248,000 nt of DNA from Octopus vulgaris (lineage: Eukaryota): NCBI GenBank assembly GCA_951406725.2, contig OX597823.1:26060001-26308000 (forward strand), written 5' to 3'. Positions 244,752 through 248,000 of this stretch are shown piece by piece. Position numbers and translations under genes: made by a program. The notes below the pieces were generated by a model. That model searched no databases. It was not told where the DNA came from and worked only from the letters and a program-made list of their open reading frames with translations. Position 1 is the first letter of the stretch; each line of letters starts with the position of its first letter.

Positions 244752-247700
244752 GTATGTGTGTGTGTGTGTGTGTGTGTGTGACAAGCTTCTTTCAGTTTCT
244801 GTCTACCAAATCCATTCACAAGACTTTGGTCAATCTGAGGCTACAGTAGAAGACGCCTGCCCAATGTACCATGCAGTGGGATTGAACATGGAACCATGTG
244901 GTTGGGAAGCAAGCTTCTTACCACACAGCTACACCTGTGCCTATGCGCAGCCACGCCTGCACCTATCTGGGTATAATGACTTATTCCTCTTCTTTTAAGA
245001 GAGTAGCTTGAAATTTGAATGAATTTCTGCTGTTATTTCTAGTAGACAGAGCACCCTTGTTCGTTTGTAAACTCAAACCTAATCATTGTAGTCGAATGAG
245101 AGAATTTATGCTGCAAAGATAACAGCTTCAATCACTCAGTGCAATCTACAAATCCTTTGTTCCAATTATACTGTGCCTCCATTTCATTGAATATTTTGAC
245201 ATGCAGTAGTTCTATAGACCAAACTGATTCAACATCTAATTTATGCTTTCAGTTAAATTTCTCCTTCCATATATTAAATGTTACAACTCAATGAACCACA
245301 GAAGCAATTGTGAAGCGTTACAAACAAACCTTCTTTTAGATTATGATTAAAATTTATTTACAGCCTTTCAACATTTCTTCTCTGATGAAGGACCCTGCTG
245401 GAAACATTAGAATGCTCCTCTCCTCATAACACACACACACACATATATATATATACATGGCAGTATAGCTTCTTCTGATGATAATTTCCCTACAAACTTC
245501 AATGTACAGAGCTTCAACTCCAACCACATCAATTTAATCAGTATAAGAGGAATTGCAAAGGTCAGGGCTGCCATTTCACTTCCTTCAGTTAATAAAGATA
245601 AAAAGGGGTCAGCTTTTTTACAAAAGAAAACTGAGAAGGGATTCAACAATCAGTTGTTATCTGTAAGACAGTGAACTGGTAGAGGTTTCAGAGCATTTGA
245701 TAGAATACCTTGTGGTGTTTGTCCAGCTCTGTAATCTGAATTCAAATCCTGTCAAGATCAACTTTATCTTTTATCCTTTCAAGATCAATAAAAATGTATC
245801 AATCCTTGATAATGAATTGACAATACTGTATGAATATCAGACTGAATGCCTGGTGGTATTTGTTGCACTTCTTTGCATTCTGAGTTCAAATCCCTCCATA
245901 GCCTTCTTAGGTGGTTGGCTTAATCCACCACCTAGTCTAACTCCACCACCTGACACATTTGTCTGCTGTGTTGCATGCATTCAGACGTGGATAATGAATT
246001 GTGTTGGGTATATTTTCTGAAAATAAAACGAGATGGTCATGGCTGGAAAGCTTTGATTACAGACTTGCATGTTCAGAGTTGATCTGAGGCTATACAAGAA
246101 CAATAACTTCATATAAAATAAGGACCCGTAATATAGGTACAAGGCAACCACAAATTTCGGGACTTGCCACATTTGATAATATTGATCGCCAGATCTTAAA
246201 AGCTACATATTTTATTAACTCTGGGGAGATGAAAGGTACAGTCACTTTCATGAGATTTGTTTTCAGAACCTAGAAAGAACATAACTAAATGTCAGAAAGT
246301 ATTTGATCTGGCATTCTACCAATTTTATCAATCTAGCCCCTCTGTTTACCAATTTTCTCATTCTATCACCTTTGCCCACCCCTTCCACTCAACCAATTCT
246401 TCATACTCCACCCACCTTTGTCTACCATTCTACCAATTATATTGTTCTCTATTCTTTGTCTACAACTCTACCAAATCTTTTTCCTTGCTCTACCAGTCTA
246501 CCAATACATGCCTGTCTCTCACTTTTCAAGTCAGATATGGGTACAGTGTGGTTCAGAAATTCATATCAGAACTCCATGGTTCTGAGTTCAGTCTCACTGA
246601 ATGCCATCATGAGCAAATGTCTTCTTACACAGCCTGAGATGCTGACATATTTGAACAAACTAGATTAATTGAAATAGTGATGGTAAAATAACAAATAGCA
246701 ATAACTGTAATTTGGAAATTTACTCTTTTGTTGCTAAATTTCTAGAGAATAGACTACCTAATGCTTCAATTAACTCTTAATATAATCAGATTTTGGAAGG
246801 CATCTAGTAAACTACATTTAGCTACATCTTTCTCTTTCAATGACCCTTCTTAATTCTGGGCTGTAAGCTCTTCCTCTCTCAGATCTTGTTGGTTTTGATT
246901 TGTCATCAATGCTTCTATAATTTTGTTCTTTTCTAGATAGGAGTCTTGGCCCTGTACAAATCCATACTGACCTCTGGGAAGAAGTAATCCATATTAACCT
247001 GACCATTATTCTTTAATCTATCCAGCATTGGAGGCCCTACCAGGAGATTGCACTCCGCTGGCAGAGCTCCCAGGATCATTGAGGCATACAAGCTACCACA
247101 TCACAGCAAGGACTGGACTTTGTGGTGGATGGAAATAACTTCATATAATATCATACTGATACTGACCGACTTAAATGTCATAACATGATTCACATTACAA
247201 TGAGAGTTTGATCTAGATTTTATAATTTTTACATGAACACATTAATAGAAGCAGTCTAAGATGGGTTGGTATTAAAAGCATTAAGAAGTGAAGAAGTGTT
247301 GTTATTGTTATTTAGCACTAAGTTGGCCCTGATTGAGAAAGCATTCAAGTAATAATCATTTTGTCTTATTTACAGAAATAAAGGTGTCTGATTTAGGCAC
247401 AAGGCCAATAATCTTCAGAGGAGAAGTTAGTGACTATAAAGGACCTTAGTTTATGACTGATACTTTATTTTATTGACTGCAAAGCATGAAAAGCAAAGAT
247501 GAATCCAGCAGGATTTGAACTCAGAACATAAAAAATCTGAAGAATATCAAAAAGCATTTCTTCCAACACTCTTATGACTCTGCCAGCTCATCACCTTATT
247601 TTCAGGAATTATTTACACAGGAATGTAAAAGCACGTGGCTTAATAGTTAAGTTGTTGGGCTCATGACTATAAAGCTGTGACTTTAATCCCCAGACTGGCC

Positions 247701-248000
247701 ACACATTATGTTCTTGGGCAAGGCACTTAATTTCATGTGGCTCCCAGCTGAAAATGAATTCTACTGAGTGCTGCCTAGCAGACTAGCCTCAAATCTTGCA
247801 AATATAAACTGTCAATGACACAAGATTACAGATGATAAGGTATTTAAGGTGTCATTATCCAAAGTGTCCTTCTTTAAGATAGCAAGGTGTGCTTTGAGGA
247901 AGATTTGTCTGATGTTTCTAGCAGTCAAGTGACCGTGTAGAGGCTCCCTTAATGACTCCTTTAAGAAGTGTGATGCGACAAGATAGTGTGACATGGGTGT

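Noticed and set aside
245378-245415. CTGATGAAGG...GAAACATTAGAA hammerhead-like motif (similar traces near 10570, 18315, 22865)
   Set aside because: Stem II does not pair; too decayed to call from single copies.

Overview
AT-rich, microsatellite-dense animal genomic DNA. The repeat content and gene style point to an octopod cephalopod (Octopus-like); this is inference, not a database match. One protein-coding ORF is unambiguous: a single coding exon for a 690-aa ZNF800-like zinc-finger protein (194131-196203, +). Splice-signal reading also recovers the first coding exon of a STAM orthologue (17898-17940, -) and three small minus-strand exons (73.8, 68.2, 65.0 kb) that join in frame into an unidentified protein. 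A few weaker exon candidates are also listed. Nearly all other ORFs in the track are microsatellite read-throughs or transposon debris. The debris includes RTE, CR1 and R4/Dong LINEs, Penelope-like elements (PLEs), Tc1/mariner, hAT and its MITEs, non-autonomous Helitrons, foldbacks and at least three tRNA-derived SINE families. Highlights: (1) a 359-bp tandem/inverted array at 87.7-88.8 kb carrying three intact minimal type-I hammerhead ribozymes, i.e. a retrozyme-like element, plus other decayed hammerhead families; (2) a perfect 59-bp intronic inverted copy of an exon end and its splice donor; (3) a 390-bp non-autonomous RTE-like retroposon with a structured 5' end; (4) a guild of elements that insert into (TAA)n tracts. 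Coordinates were counted by eye; ends of decayed elements are approximate, and family names are from memory.
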